A stretch of DNA of 63,985 nucleotides, counting the filler, from Perkinsus olseni (Eukaryota): assembly GCA_013115125.1 (NCBI GenBank). It is 3 parts of 3 records of this genome, joined end to end, with 100 filler letters (N's around TTAATTAATTAA, not from the genome) between each part and the next. Parts side by side here need not be neighbours in the genome. Positions count along the whole stretch, not along the records: positions 1 to 23,283 come from JABANN010000523.1; 2 more parts are not named here. The stretch is one strand, 5' to 3'. A program made the position numbers and the translations under genes. The notes under the pieces are model-generated. The model worked only from the letters and a program-made list of their open reading frames with translations, searched no databases and was not told where the DNA came from. Below are positions 1 to 13,054 of the stretch, piece by piece; within the stretch, counting starts at the first letter, position 1; the number at the start of each line of letters is the position of its first letter.

Positions 1-2469
1 TTCCGTACTCGTCCAGGTGACAGTGCACGAGTCGAAAAACCGGATATGCTAAGAATTTGTGGAGGGGTGTAGAGAGGCTGTGTGCATCACCTCCTCTTAC
101 CAGTCCAACGTCTCTTTCCGAAGGTGCCTCCGTGCATTGGCCTGTAACCGAGTCGAAGTTCGAACTGCAAGGGTTTTAGCCAACCTTCCTATGCATCTCA
201 CCAGATGACTCCACGATAGCTCGGCTGGCGTCAAGTCTACTTTTCGAAGGGTCCCACTGCCATTCAGGACCCGACTCCACCGAAATCTGCACTCCAGATG
301 ACATAGTCGAGTACCACTCTCTCCATCACTTGCCGACTATCCCGGACAGCCTCTTCCTCCCTGCTGGACCGCTCCATGCTTCCATGCCCGTTCTCGGTAT
401 CCCAGGGGATATCGATCCTGACTCCCTTGGGGAACACCGCCGGCTTCGCTTCGCCGGACTTCACATCATTCTGGTCTGAATCGTGAGCACTCCTATACCA
501 CCGCAGCAGATCCGATACCCGCCTCTTGAGTCAACGACAGATACTCCCTGAGAACTTGGAGAGAGGCGGCGGCGGTCGGGGGTCGGGGTTGAACTCCTCG
601 CTTCTGGTCCCAACTGGCCCACACTACTATGGTGTAGCTCCTGACGTGCCTCGTCCTGGCTACTTGAAGTATGGGCTAGCCTACCTCAGTCTGGCCGACC
701 TTTCTGGCCAGCTTCTGCAGCGCCGCAGGCTCACTGGGGACCTGTGGACTGCCGGTGGTTTGGGTCGTCTTGGCACCTGGCGAGCAGGTGAAGCCACTCG
801 AGAGCTGCATTACGTCACTTTGAATGTATTTATGCCGGAGGCCTAGAGCAACGAGATCTTCGAGAGTATCTTCAACTCCGCAGCATCCCGGTTTAACCAT
901 CCCACCTAATGCAGGTGTCTTCTGTCACCGAGGCGCCTGCTATTACATTCAGCCCAGCCACTATTGCCGTACACTTCCATCAGCTTCGGTACATAACTCC
1001 CCCATAGCCCGTACCTTGACGCCCAGGTCAACTTGGAGTAACGGGAAGCCGCTCACCGTCCTCCGGCCTTGCTCTGCCATCCCTGTCGATATTCCTCCAG
1101 TGACGGTGCTGTGAGGGCTTCGTAGAGCTCGGCGTATCTTAGGTTGAAGCGAGTCAGTGTCAGAATGGTCTCCTCACTATCAGCGACCCCACTCAGTCTT
1201 CGAGCAAAGAGGCTTTATCTTCTCCAACACTTGTGCCATATCTTCAACCATCTGAGTTTGAATCACCGCATGACAGCACGTCGATAGCGGAACTGGTGCG
1301 GGCAGGAGGCTTCCCAACACTCACGGCTCTCTCGACGAGAGGCCCGTTCGCACCTCTACTGTGCTCCTCGTCTCCTTCTGTGAGGAACAGGAGCTCCAAA
1401 AACTCCTGACCACCACCAGCAGCTGCTCGCCGTCTCCCCTGCATCGACATGATGGCCTACCTGCCTGTACACTCGGAACTGTGCAGCCCTCTGCTCTGCC
1501 GCCGTGGCCGATGAGTATCTGCCGGAAGGTGACCGCCGCCGGGTCCCTACCCTTAGACCTACAGCTTCGTCACGAGCCTGAGCAGGTCACTCCACCGTCC
1601 CGCCATGACCACCGATCGGAAGTATTCAACCTAGCGCAGTGGAGAGGGCAGTGAGGAGGAGGCCATAATGGCAAGACCCCCAGCGCCGTACAAATGAAGC
1701 TTACAGCATCATTCTCATGGGGCGGGCAGAGCCTAGTGTTGGTCTCAGTCTCCAGGGCTTGCAGCGTCGAGTACAGTCCATGATCGTGCCTACCATCGCA
1801 AGGGTCCCGAGGAGGGCCTCGACTGGCCACTTACAGGTATCTCAGCATAAGCAAGAGTACGGCATGACGACTCTCTTGCCCATCTCCCCCGGACGATGAG
1901 CGGCCTCCTGCTCCCTCGAGCCGCTCCACAGCGCTTGCCATCAGTAGACCAACCCTGCTCGGTAATACGAGGAACCTGTGGGATGGTACCAGCAGAGCTA
2001 CGTCGCTGAACGTGCGTGTCAATGGCCCGGCCGCCACCCACATGGTGAATGTTCCAATTGACAACACAAATCAGTATCTTTGGCCTCTGCAATTATCATG
2101 AGTACGTTATGTACAGTCTCATCGTCATCTTCATCATCATCGCCTGTACTTCACCATCGGCGTCATTATTTCATCCGGTAGGGCCACAGACAAGAGTCTC
2201 CGCACTAGAGTTGGTGTCGGCTCATCATCCCCTAGCAAGACGCCCAGCAGCGGCAACAGCTGCTCCCGCAGAAGTGAAGTGAGGCGGGCCCTCAGAGCCC
2301 CATCCACGTTATACCTGAACAATCTGCGTATGACCAGCCCACCGAGGGAGGTGGGAACAGGTAAGGAACCTAGCAGGGTGACAGAGGGAAGGAAAAGGCG
2401 ATCAGTACCGGAATACTTTCCCCGAAAATATCGTTGTTCCGACTTGTAACTTACAAGTTTGGTCGCCAT
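1..2469 (-). CDS. Multi-exon hypothetical protein, probably running off the window start
   Basis: ATG GCG ACC AAA CTT|gtaagt at 2469, then GT-AG bounded coding-like blocks (VPYLFPPPSVGWSYADCS; LREQLLPLLGVLLGDDEPTP; IDIPWDTENGHG...LDYVIW). No recognised domain. Confidence 0.4.
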
Positions 2470-2499
2470 GATAACTATCGATAGGCTAGTAGACAGATT

Positions 2500-5400
2500 A
2501 CATCCGATCGGTAGTGTGAAGGGCCGTGGATGCGTGATGGCGGATTTTTTATCGGGCTTTGAGGCCAGTGGGGGTGTCCGATTGAACTCTCTAGAATTTT
2601 CGAAGTGCCCCTAGGATTGAATCCGAGGCATAAAAATGATCCTTAGAGACTCAGAAGAGGCGGTCTACTCCAGGTTTGGGATGGTGGCCTACGTCTCATC
2701 ATCTGCCAACATCTGCATGGTGATATCAGAGAGGCTCTTAAAGGCCCTGAACCTCACGTCCGCTAGCTCGGAGTGGGTGTGGGATATTATCGACGGTAGC
2801 ATACTGCGGACGAAGCAGTCGCAGAGAGGCGGCCCTCCTTCTGACACGACAGCGGTAGTCCGAGGGAACACGGAAGCAGCGCCCACCGAGGAGGACTCCG
2901 ACTTGGGCTGGCAGGCCTTCTATCATCAGTAACTGTAGGTGCTGCAGACCAGCGCTGGTGCCTGCAAGTAGTGACATCCCTGCCGATGGTACGAGGGCGG
3001 GCCTACCGCTCCTAGGGCTCCCACAGGGGGTCTGCCAAGCGGCTATCCTCGCTACTGATGGGAGGTGGGATTCGGTCAAGACACCTGAAAGTCCTTCAAT
3101 GAGGAGAGGGTTCTCGCTGATGGTAATGTGCACATCTGGCCATGTTGGAGCTAGCTAGCAGATGCATGATGATGTTCAGTGCTCGAGAGATGTTCATGTT
3201 GACGCTAGAAGATGCTGATCCCCGGCGGAGCGAAGCAGACGAGGAAGCCGAGGTCGAGGATGTACCGCTACGACTGCTGCTGTACCGAGGCGACGGAGTC
3301 GGGTTCGAGGTAGTGAGGGCGCGGAGGTCGGTGACCTGAGAGCAGAGCATGGACCTGCCGAGAAGGGATGATGAACAGCCTCTTCGAAAGCGCTCATATA
3401 CTCGAGGAGAGCAGCAGGAAATAAGCGACTTCATTGCGACTGTTCAACAAGGGAGGGTCCATCCCGTCGTCCTCAGAAGGCCCCCGGGGTGCAGTACGGC
3501 GTCAGTGAGGCACTGCCATAAACAGATGGAGACGGCGTCGACCACGACGCTCAAAGCTCGCTGCAAGTATGATGCCGTGTCCTCATCTTCGCTATCGGCA
3601 TCTCGAACAGCATCGGGGGCCCGGCAGATCCTCTCGAACCTCATGGCGAAGTTCTGAGGGGGCAAGCGATGACGCCGGACCGTCGAGTCTCCCGACCTTA
3701 TCGAGGGCGCAGTGGAGGGCATGAGCTCCGATGTTGCCGGTAGAGGGACCTCGGATGAGGAAGAGTCGGGCCAATAGGAGTATCGCCTTTCCACGGGACT
3801 AAGGGACTGTAGTGAACTGGGGAAGGGCTGGTAGTAGCCTACAACGCTAGAGAGGCGCGGTTGTCCTAGAACCGACAGAATCTCGCCAACGAGGCCCTCA
3901 GCGGTGGCAGCATCGAGTCGAGCATGGGAGCCCAGCAGCCGCAGACCGAACGAGACCTGAGTGGCGACTGGTGTTGCACATGCTGATGGTGGTCGGCTTA
4001 CTCCCGATGAGACCGCTCGCTGGGCGTCCGACTCTGCGCCAGCTCGCCCAGCTAGCCGCAAGCCACTCATGCACACTTGCAGGAGCTCGGTGGAGGTGAA
4101 TGGAGACGGGACCAAGTTGAGCCTACGATGGGCCATCAGCAGGTCTACGGCGGGGGGCCCTACGTCCTATCGAGGGCCGCCAGGCAGGTAACCCTCACTC
4201 GAGGACTCACTGAACTATCACAGCCAGCCTTGGCAAGCCTACCGAGTACCTTAGCGACTTCAAGCTCAAACGGGCCGACTAAATGTCAGACCATCAGAGT
4301 CGTGACAACGGCTAAGGAGGGAGCATGAGCCCGACCTGCGCGGATATATTAGGCGTGAGGAGGTTGGTCGAGACCCAACCATCGGGGGCCATCAACGCTA
4401 TATTCCGCAGCGTTTGGGCAGCCAACATCAACAGGCCATGGACTTCGAGGTCATCACCATTAACCTGAGCTGAGTGCGGAGGCAGGGACTCCACAGCCAC
4501 CGTACCAGGCACGTCTGCACGACTACTGAGACGACCGAGGGAGGCAGGTCCAGCGAGGATGATGAGCAGGTCGATAAAATACCTGGCAGCGAGGCCCGCT
4601 ACCCCGGGGCGGCCCAAGCGCCCTACTGTTCGCGGTGGTGTCGGCAGCAGCAGCCGTCGGTGATTGCTGTTGCGTTGCTACGTAGAACATGAGCTCCCCC
4701 AAGGCAGCCAGAGCCACTCGTCGTATCGCTAGAGAGTTCGAGGAAGTCGGCTCGATGCACTGCTGTAGCATCTGAAGCGACGGCGTCCCTCCCTGCCCGA
4801 CTGTCGGTCGTCGTCTACTGACCTCGAAAAGACCGTATCCCCCATGGGCCCCATCGGTCAGAGTGTCGAAGCTGAGTCCGCTAGCTCCCGCCTCGCTGTG
4901 GTGGCTCACGACGCTAGCTCCGACCATCATCGAATGGCTGCCTCCGGCAGCCGTACAGCCGGGCTCGATGAACGAGGCATGCCGCAGTGCCTTGCCCAGC
5001 ATCTGACCGGACGGCGGCCTACCTCTCGTGGCATGCGGTGATGGAGAGGTACGTTAAGGGTGTCGATTCTCAGTGCTTCGCTCCGCCGCATTATCGTCCA
5101 TTGTCCTCTACTGGATCTCGACGCGTGGTCGGCATCCTTGTCTGGAGGCGAGGCCAGGACCAGCAGCAGGGAGAGGATGGAGGAGTTCAGCACAACATCG
5201 GCGATCTGACAGGGACCGGTCGTGGTAGCAGCAGCCTGGCCACCAGAGGGTCGGACCTCGACCCTCTCTGACAGGTGGTTGAGGTAGGCAATGATAGCAT
5301 GTACAAGGTCGGGTGAAGTGGCGGACCTCAACTGCTGGTGAATCACGGCGATATGATGGTGAACCTGCCAAGGGCTTCAGCGAGGTCTGGCTGTGGGAGC

Positions 5401-7571
5401 GGATAGCCGACCTCCTTGTTGAGAGCGGCAGATGTGGCCGATTGTGTGATGGCCGCCACGAAGGCATCTCTGTCGAAGGGCTTGAAGCTGAGCAGCAACA
5501 GCGTTGGTCCGCTCTCGAAGTGCAACGGGATGCCTACGACAGACGATTCTCCCAACCCTTTTGGTTCTCCTTCCCCCCCGCCGGGCTGCTCGCCCCCTCA
5601 TCGACGAAGTCACTCGAGGAGTCTGAATAGCCCGACCGCACATCGGAAGGGAGCAGGGCCAGGCTCGACTCACCGGAAGGGACGGCGTCCTCCTCCTCCT
5701 GGCCAGTGGATATGGGGCTGACCGACTGGTCCGACCAATGAGGGAGGAGCTTGGTGATGGCCGCGGCAACAGTGACCCTCCTGGATTCCGAAGGGGCCGA
5801 TGGATGGAAGACCAGCTGCTGTATCTGCATAAGCGGGCTGCTGGCAGGCGACGGGATGGCATCTACTGTGTGGCGTCGCGTGGGAGGTGTCGGCTGATTC
5901 ACCGCGGACGGAGTCTCCGAGCGGAGCATCTCAGAGCTCGGCGTCTGGACCGTGAGGGGGTTCAAGCGTTGGGAGGAGGTACTGGTGGCGTTCCTTCCGA
6001 TGCTACTGCTGCTAGGGTAGTGGAGACCTGACGAGCAGGGTAGATGACGGTGCCCTGGCAGGCGCCGCCCTACGGTGGCTCGTCTTGACGTAGTCAGCAA
6101 AGTGCTTTTGTGGGGGCAACTCGACATCGAGCAGGTGGTCGAATTGACCCTTCCAAAAGGGGTGACTCAGCAGCCCTGCCCAGTCCAATCGGGTGACCTA
6201 GTCCAGAACAGTCGCCCAAGGTACGGTGACATCCGTACCGGATCCTTCGCCAGTAGACTGTCATCGCCTCCTCCTCCTCCCCCTCGAGCCCTGCCGTGGA
6301 CGAGGTCGGCCATGGTGGAGCTGAGCGGGGTTATGTCCGGCTTCGGGTCCTCCTCCTTAATAAGATGCTGCAGTGATTGGAAGGAGTTGGAGACGAAGGG
6401 AGGGCGTCCAGTGACCTGTGAAAAGCCAGTCTCTTCAACTCGGATGCGGCGGCCTACCAGCTCATGCATGACTATTCCCAAGGCCCAGAGGTCCGACGCG
6501 AAAGAGTGAACGCCTCGGTCTAGGAGGAGCTCCGGGGCCATGTAGTAGGGGGTGCCTGAAGGGAGACAGACCAGCGCTGGACAGGGGGAGGGATGAGGGT
6601 GTTCGAAGGCCGGCTCACCCCGTCTCGGTAGAGGCTTCCCTTTCGCAGACAAGTTCTCCAAGTCAGTGAGCCTTTGACTCATACCGAAATCGCACAGTTT
6701 GAGTCGTCCTTCCTCGGTGAAGAGCAGATTGGAAGGCTTCAGGTCACCGTAGATGATACCGTTACGATGGACGTGGTGGAGGCCCGATATTATGTCGAGG
6801 CAGAAGGCGCGGCACTGAAGAGAACAACAAACTTTCATAAACTAGTATGATGAAGCCCAATCCAAAATGGGAAAATTACAGTCCAAGTTGGATTTTGCAG
6901 ACCCACTGGAATTTTGACTCCAAAAATGTAGGCGTCATTTCAGGCGGCCAAATCAGGCGGCGGTCTCAGTAATTTGGGCCCCAGGGAGCCCAAATTTTGG
7001 GCTCTATTCAGTTGCTCCAGGGATTCACTATTCTGGTCTGAGCTATATTGTTTTGGTGTGTGATTCTACTGAATAGGGGTGGAAACGGTGTAGTGCCACT
7101 AGTGAGGAGATCTCCGCGTTCAAAGAGAGTTTGCATCAATAGCAGGGACGAGAGGAAAGGCAAGTGACTGACCTGATCGGGAGAGACTTTGGAGTCTTGC
7201 TTGAGGACTTTGAGTAGGTCCCCTCCAGCACAGTATTCTGTTATTATCCACAAGTGGTTGCGCGTCTCGTACCTGATGCCAACGACGGGTAGTGACCATT
7301 CTCAGTAGGGTCGGTCCGTACCAGTTGTGGAACCTGAGGACGTTGAAGTGACCCTTGATGTCGTTGAGAACCTGAGATAGGGCGGAGAGGGCCGTCGGGC
7401 CTGACCGGAGCTGCCTCATAGCCATACCGCCACTTCATTCATAACACGACTCCTCCTGCACTTCTCCGTGCTCTTAACGCCGACATATTCTATGGAGTAG
7501 CGCTTCCGTCCCTTATACACGACAGTGTACTTCCCATGACCGATCTCCTCGTATAAATGGTAGTTGTTCAT
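2500..7571 (-). CDS. ULK4: ULK4/RUNKEL-like Ser/Thr (pseudo)kinase with long helical C-terminus; multi-exon, 3' end approximate
   Basis: Starts MNNYHLYEEIGHGKYTVVYKGRKRYSIEYVGVKS. Further motifs: NVLRFHNW/YETRNHLWIITEYCAGGDL, YGDLKPSN, LCDFG, GTPYYMAPE, SDLWALG. The later block RRVALAALGELMFYVATQ is typical of ULK4/RUK. Confidence 0.85.
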
Positions 7572-7989
7572 TACAGTGGTGGCAACTGCTGTATTTAACT
7601 GGCGGTACAATATTCACTGATAGTGGGCCAGCACTAGTGGCCCATAGGCGTAGGACTCCTACGCCGCGTCCAGCCACTGGCCAGGGGCTGCCACATCATC
7701 GATCGCTGGCCGAAGAATGGTCTTCATGCGATCCCAGGCTCCACAGTTATGTCTCGTGCTACGATATTTATTCCTCTCCATTGACCCAATAAACTCAAGC
7801 TATGCTTACAAGAAACCCATGCCGATTCGGCATTGCCGAAGCTGCACATGAAATAGATTGGTAATAGACCTGCCGCTAGACAGCATTCAAGACCTGAGTA
7901 CATACTTTTGACTGAGCACCCGATATCGCTGTCGTCGTTGTCATTAGTTTTGGTGGTAGAGTTGGCGACCGGTTCGAATCTGACGCAGA

Positions 7990-9570
7990 AAACAGAGAAA
8001 TGCTACCTTGAGCGGTGAACTACCCGGAGGACCAGCATACCGAGTCGGTTCAGGCTGAAATTGAAAACAACGCGCATTCTTCGATCCTCGATACAAACAC
8101 GAGACAAGCAACTACTTCGAAGCAAGGACTGAGAGGTACAAGAAGTTTCTTTTAACGTGATGAGCTCGCTCAGACTTAGCGGCTCAGTGGAGTCAACGTC
8201 GCAGGAGGGACTTGCAAGGCCACGGAGGCCCCCAGGGATCTCGCTGTCGATCGCCCTGCTGCGTGCCGATATTTGGTAATACCACGTAATTGCTTTATGA
8301 GGGCTCCGAAACTGATCTTGTGACTGCATTGGAAGTTCCAATTTGGAACTCCAGCGGATGGAAATATGGCATCCATTGTCTCCCTCTGATTGCTCTGTCT
8401 TGCCTGATAGACCTCGCTGCTGGATCGAAGAGAACACCCGGAGACCAATTACCTCTCATCAATCCACTCTCTAGAGTCACCGTTCAGAATCGAGCAGTGC
8501 AGCAGAGACTGGTACACCCGTATCATTTCCAAAAAGCCATCGAAAGCGCTCGTCTTGTCACACTGTAGAAACTCTCGCATTATCCACAACTGGCCGACAA
8601 CAGCGTTCATGTTAATGTCATTGGTAATGAGGAAGGAACCTGGCGGTTCTTCGCGCGAGGCATGAGCACTCTTAAGCTCAGCTTCCCACTAAGTTAGTGG
8701 GACTAACTCACGTGATAGTTGGTTGAATGACAGTCAAAGGCTTCCTTGGCGGTCACAAGCTTCCCTTCCTGTCGAAGGCTTCCTTGGCGATCACAAGCTT
8801 CCCTTGCAGTTAAAGGCTTCCTTGGCGGTCTCGTCAGAGGTCCTTCTGCTCGGAGCGCCAGTCGAGCTAAGACCCGACGCTACACGGGCGACCCGGACGG
8901 TCCGGACCTTCATGTTGTACGATGCTGCTATATTGCAGAAGGCGTCTATGACCTCACCGATCTCTCGGGCTAAGGTCGAGACTTCGATCAGGGTGAGTTC
9001 CACTGCTGCGTTGTCGACGAAAAGGATGACCCATCTGTTGCGAAGGCAAGGGCGAGAAGACTGCATCGCCGTTAATACCGCGAGAAGTTTGAACGCCGTG
9101 ATGTCGTACGTCTCCACCAGCGGGGAAGCTTTGTACTCCGCGGTAACCCCACATGTGAAATAGAAACTCTCTATTAGAGAGCCTTCTCGAAATCCTCCGA
9201 ATGAACGACACCATCGAGGCCACCAGAGTCACAGGTGTCAGAGCCTCTGACTCAGAGTACACCACAACCTGCGGCGAGCAGAAAGACCCATAGGTGACAG
9301 CAGGGAGGCTCAGTACCGAGAGCTAGCCGGCATGTCTCGAGCTACGGTAGGTGGTACTCCAATGTTGGAACCCAAGATTCTGTCGTGATAGTCACCCTTA
9401 GAAGGGGCCACGTCCCGCGTACTAGTCCCCATTACACGGGGAGAGGCTTCGGCGGCATAACGAAACGGGGTTGTGAGTTTCCTTTCTGAAGAGACGGTTG
9501 GCATGGGCGAGGCATATTGTAGTTGGGATAAGAGTGAATCAACTCGCAAATCACAGAATTCGTGAATCAT
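7990..9570 (-). mobile_element. Degenerate DIRS-like retroelement relic (RNase H fragment)
   Basis: ORF 8791-9117 DITAFKLLAVLTAM...RWVILFVDNAAV resembles the DIRS RNase H pattern (I..LELLAV...V...DN). Surrounding frames are broken by stops. Confidence 0.55.
8737..8830 (+). repeat. ~38-bp tandem repeat, ~2.5 copies
   Basis: aaggcttccttggcg(g/a)tc occurs three times, and the first two copies continue acaagcttccctt. Confidence 0.85.
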
Positions 9571-9789
9571 AACCGGGTGACCGACATCAATTCATGTAGG
9601 GACACCACTCATTCAGTGTCCGGGTCCTTCAGGGGTACATGATACCGCAACGGGTATTCCACCAATTATTCAAATAACTAGTCACGGGCCAGCGGCGCGC
9701 TTAGTATATCCACAGCAATTTAAGAAGCTAGATTTTCGCCGAAAATCTAGCTTCTTAAAGAAAATTTTCACCGAAAATTTTTCGGATTT

Positions 9790-11400
9790 TCGCCTAGAAA
9801 GCTATATCGGAGGCGATTCTCCAGAAACTGTGATGAAGGCCGTGGAGTCGGTTGCCCCTGTGCCCTTCAGCGAAACAGCATTCTCCGACGATGGGCCATT
9901 GCGGATCGCCGCTGTCGGAAAGAATCTGGACTTCCACCGTTGTTAGTACAATCAGAAGGCTGCATACGCAGTGCGCCGCATAGGGTCTCACCTTGGTGAG
10001 ATCTGCCGGCCTCCTGAGTCATTCCTAAGGTTCCCAGCCAACTCCTTGAAGTGTGGAAGACGATGACTGCTACTCGGTCTCGGGTCTTCGGCGATGCCAC
10101 CCGGAATAATACGAGAATTAGTGTGCGCTGAAACTCCGACAGAATACGACTGAGCTCAGGCAACGGGTCCGCACCTAATCTGTGGGCATCTCTCCACCTT
10201 CCTTGGTCGGGTTTCAGAAAGCGAACCTGTCGTCTGGTGCACTCTCGACGCAGCTAGAGCATACACTGAATGAGACTGATGGAGCACGAGATTCTCCCGA
10301 CGGAGGACCGAGCGGTGGAGTTAAATGGGTACAACAAACTACAGCGTGTCGTGGAATGCTGAGAGTTAGGCTGGCTTTGAGGGACTTGGTGAAATTACCG
10401 CTCTGAAGATACCCTCCCCCGCCCACTCTCCTCTTAGTTGTGGGACATTGACTCAATCCACACCAAATCGAGGGAAGTAGAAGAAACACATGGAACTGTA
10501 AATGTAGTGGGCATAACGATTCAAGACATGAGAACATACGAGCCGCTGGAGACGCCGCTGTCATCATGGTAATCTGACGTGCGTGGCCCGAAGCCGAGGT
10601 CCTTATCCACTCCGGAATCTCGAAGCCAACTCCCCTTTCCTGAGAAGGGCCACATCTGCGGATAAACAGTGCAGGACAGAGAGCTCTTCATCCAGGAGCG
10701 GCTCGTATGGGAGAACTCGGGACGAGTCTTTGGCAATGCCCAACTCCGGCGGTTACCGAGTGGGATGTGGGTTGTTGCCCTCGAGAAGGTCCTGGACGTA
10801 CTGTTCCAGGGACGATCAGTCCAAATCTGAGAGTCAGGCCGCGATCTAACACTCGGGCATACCAGCGTACCCGACCCAACCAAGACCGGATCCACAGTCT
10901 GCCACCTCGAGAGCTCGCTCTGAGTTCTCCTGATTACGGAGGACACTGACCTGTATTCGAGGGAATTCTCCAGAAAGGGTGATGAAGGCCGTAAAGTCGG
11001 TCGTTCCGCTGTCCTTCTGCAGCACTGCACTTTCCCGGTCTCGAAATATAGGCCATTCCGCATCGCCACTGTCAGAAAGAATCTGAGCCGCTAACAGCGG
11101 TGCCCTCCTAGGGATGGTGGATGGCATCACTTTGAGGAGATCAGCAGGCCACTCGACGTCCCCGGCCAACTGGTGAAAGCGCGTAAGGCGATGGCTGCTG
11201 CTGGGACCAGGGTCTTCGGCGATGCCCTTCAGAAAAATGTAGGAATTGGTATGAACTGCGATGGTGCGATGATAACCGAACGGCGGGTCGCTCCTCCCCA
11301 CCTGTTGGTCTGCCTCCACCCTCCCTCGTGAGATTCCTGAACGCGAGCTGCCCGCCCGGCGCCGTCTCGACGTATCTGAGCAACCCCTCCCAAGACGCAG
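9790..11400 (-). pseudogene. Decayed ORF with an internally duplicated domain, possibly part of the adjacent retroelement
   Basis: GIAEDPGPSSSHRL...QILSDSGDAEWPI...AFITLSGE (10960-11250) recurs as GIAEDPRPSSSHRL...QILSDSGDPQWPI...AFITVSGE (9810-10120) with a frameshift. The segment between has many stops. Confidence 0.5.
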
Positions 11401-11599
11401 TCGAGAGAGGTGAAGCAATAATTCGACTCGATCAGCGGAGATCCAGCGGGGGTTCTTCAAAGTATGCTGAAGATCTGCAGTATCCCTACAGCACGGCCTG
11501 GTGGCCTTCCCTGTAGTTGGCAAAGTTATAACCGTGGCCGGTGGACAGGCGATGGTCTCCCAACCTGACAATCGACCTCCGCCAAGCAGCCTCAGGTCT

Positions 11600-12800
11600 T
11601 TGCATGCTCACACTCGAATGGCCTCCGCTACTGTGGACGCCGAACAGAGCTGCCTCCCCACAACTGCCTGCCCCAATGCTGGTTGCAGCTCACTGGGCAG
11701 CTCACGATGAGGTCGGTCGGGTAGAGGGCGTTGACCGTACTCACTATACCGTCACTGACATGGGAGGAATAAATCAGGCGCCGAGCGATTGCTGTCAAAC
11801 GCAGAGCCGTTCTCAAAACCGTCGCGTCGGGTCTACAGAGTGCTGCTCGAGCTCACCTATTGACGCTGACAGCCAGGCCGCTGAGCCCCAAAGGGTAGGT
11901 ATATGCCGCCCACCTCTGCCGGACCTGCAGAAAGCTCTGCTGAGCCCGACTGTCGCTGCACCTGACTTTAGCCTCGATAGGGTCGTAGACGGTAGCATAG
12001 ATGATGTAGCCTGGGCGGTGACTCATAGGCCAGTCGTAGTCCTCATTGTGGGCCCAGCCCACCCAACCTGCCATGGTAGTAGTTGACCACCGAAGGCCGA
12101 CCTTCCTCACCGTCCCTCCGCCAGTGGACGTCCGTGCATCCACGCTCGACCCACTTCTCCGCAACCGACTGATTGGATCTAGCCATGAGTAGTTTCATCT
12201 CGTTTCTGTGGTTCGCCAGGAGGACAGTGTCCATCGGCAGCCCTGATCAGCCCACGGCTCACCATCACGACAACAAGACAACCCGCTCGGCATTATTATC
12301 AGAACCCCTCACCAGTGCCTCGGCTGAGCCCTCTCATCTCCGCGTGTATTCTCGGGTAAGCCTTTCTAGCGCTGCTGCTGTACAGTCGTAGCCACTCTTG
12401 AGCCTCGTCACCTGCACCCAAACTTCCTCTCCTCGCGGCGTCCGGCCCTTACTGATTCTATGCCACCCGACCAGCTCCATCAGAGCCGTGTCTATCTTAA
12501 TCGCAGCCTGTATGTGGTCCCGCAAGGCATACCCCACCTGACAGGAGCCCTTCGCCTACCGAGGCCTGCTGGGAGCAGCTACTTGATATCCAAAATGAAA
12601 GTGACCCCGAACATCATCCATGTAGGCTACATGGACTGCGGGGATGGCTATACTCCCCCAGCCAGGGACCACCATCGTCGACAGCAGGGCTATGATCAGC
12701 ATGCAGTACAATATAGACTGCGCAGGAGCCCACAGATTACTCAGAACAACTGAACCAAAGGCGGCAGGAAGTGGGTGGTAAGCTCATCCATGCGGGTGGA
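11600..12800 (-). CDS. Multi-exon hypothetical protein
   Basis: Coding-like blocks between GT-AG introns (GYALRDHIQAAIKIDTALMELVGWHRI; EKWVERGCTDVHWRR...VVNYYHG; EDYDWPMSHRPGYIIYATVYDPIEAK). Family not recognised. Confidence 0.4.
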
Positions 12801-13054
12801 CATGATAGTAGTGGGAGTACATCTTGGTTTAACATCAACAATACTTGTCATAATTGAACTTACAGAACTGATAGAAGACAGGTCATCCAAATTGTGTTGG
12901 CTGGGACAGCTGTGGGCCGCCAGCGCCACTAAAAAGCGTCGCGCTCTCAGCGACCACCGAAACCCCCACTTACTCATTAGGTGTAAATAAGGCTCCTCCA
13001 TACTTGCTACTGCCGGTGAAGCTGTACTCGAGGCCGGCCAAGGTCGACTTGACA

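Noticed and set aside
7965-7990. Isolated B-box-like GGTTCGAATC, and a T-arm-like hairpin at ~16163-16179
   Set aside because: Too short or degenerate, with no supporting tRNA stems.
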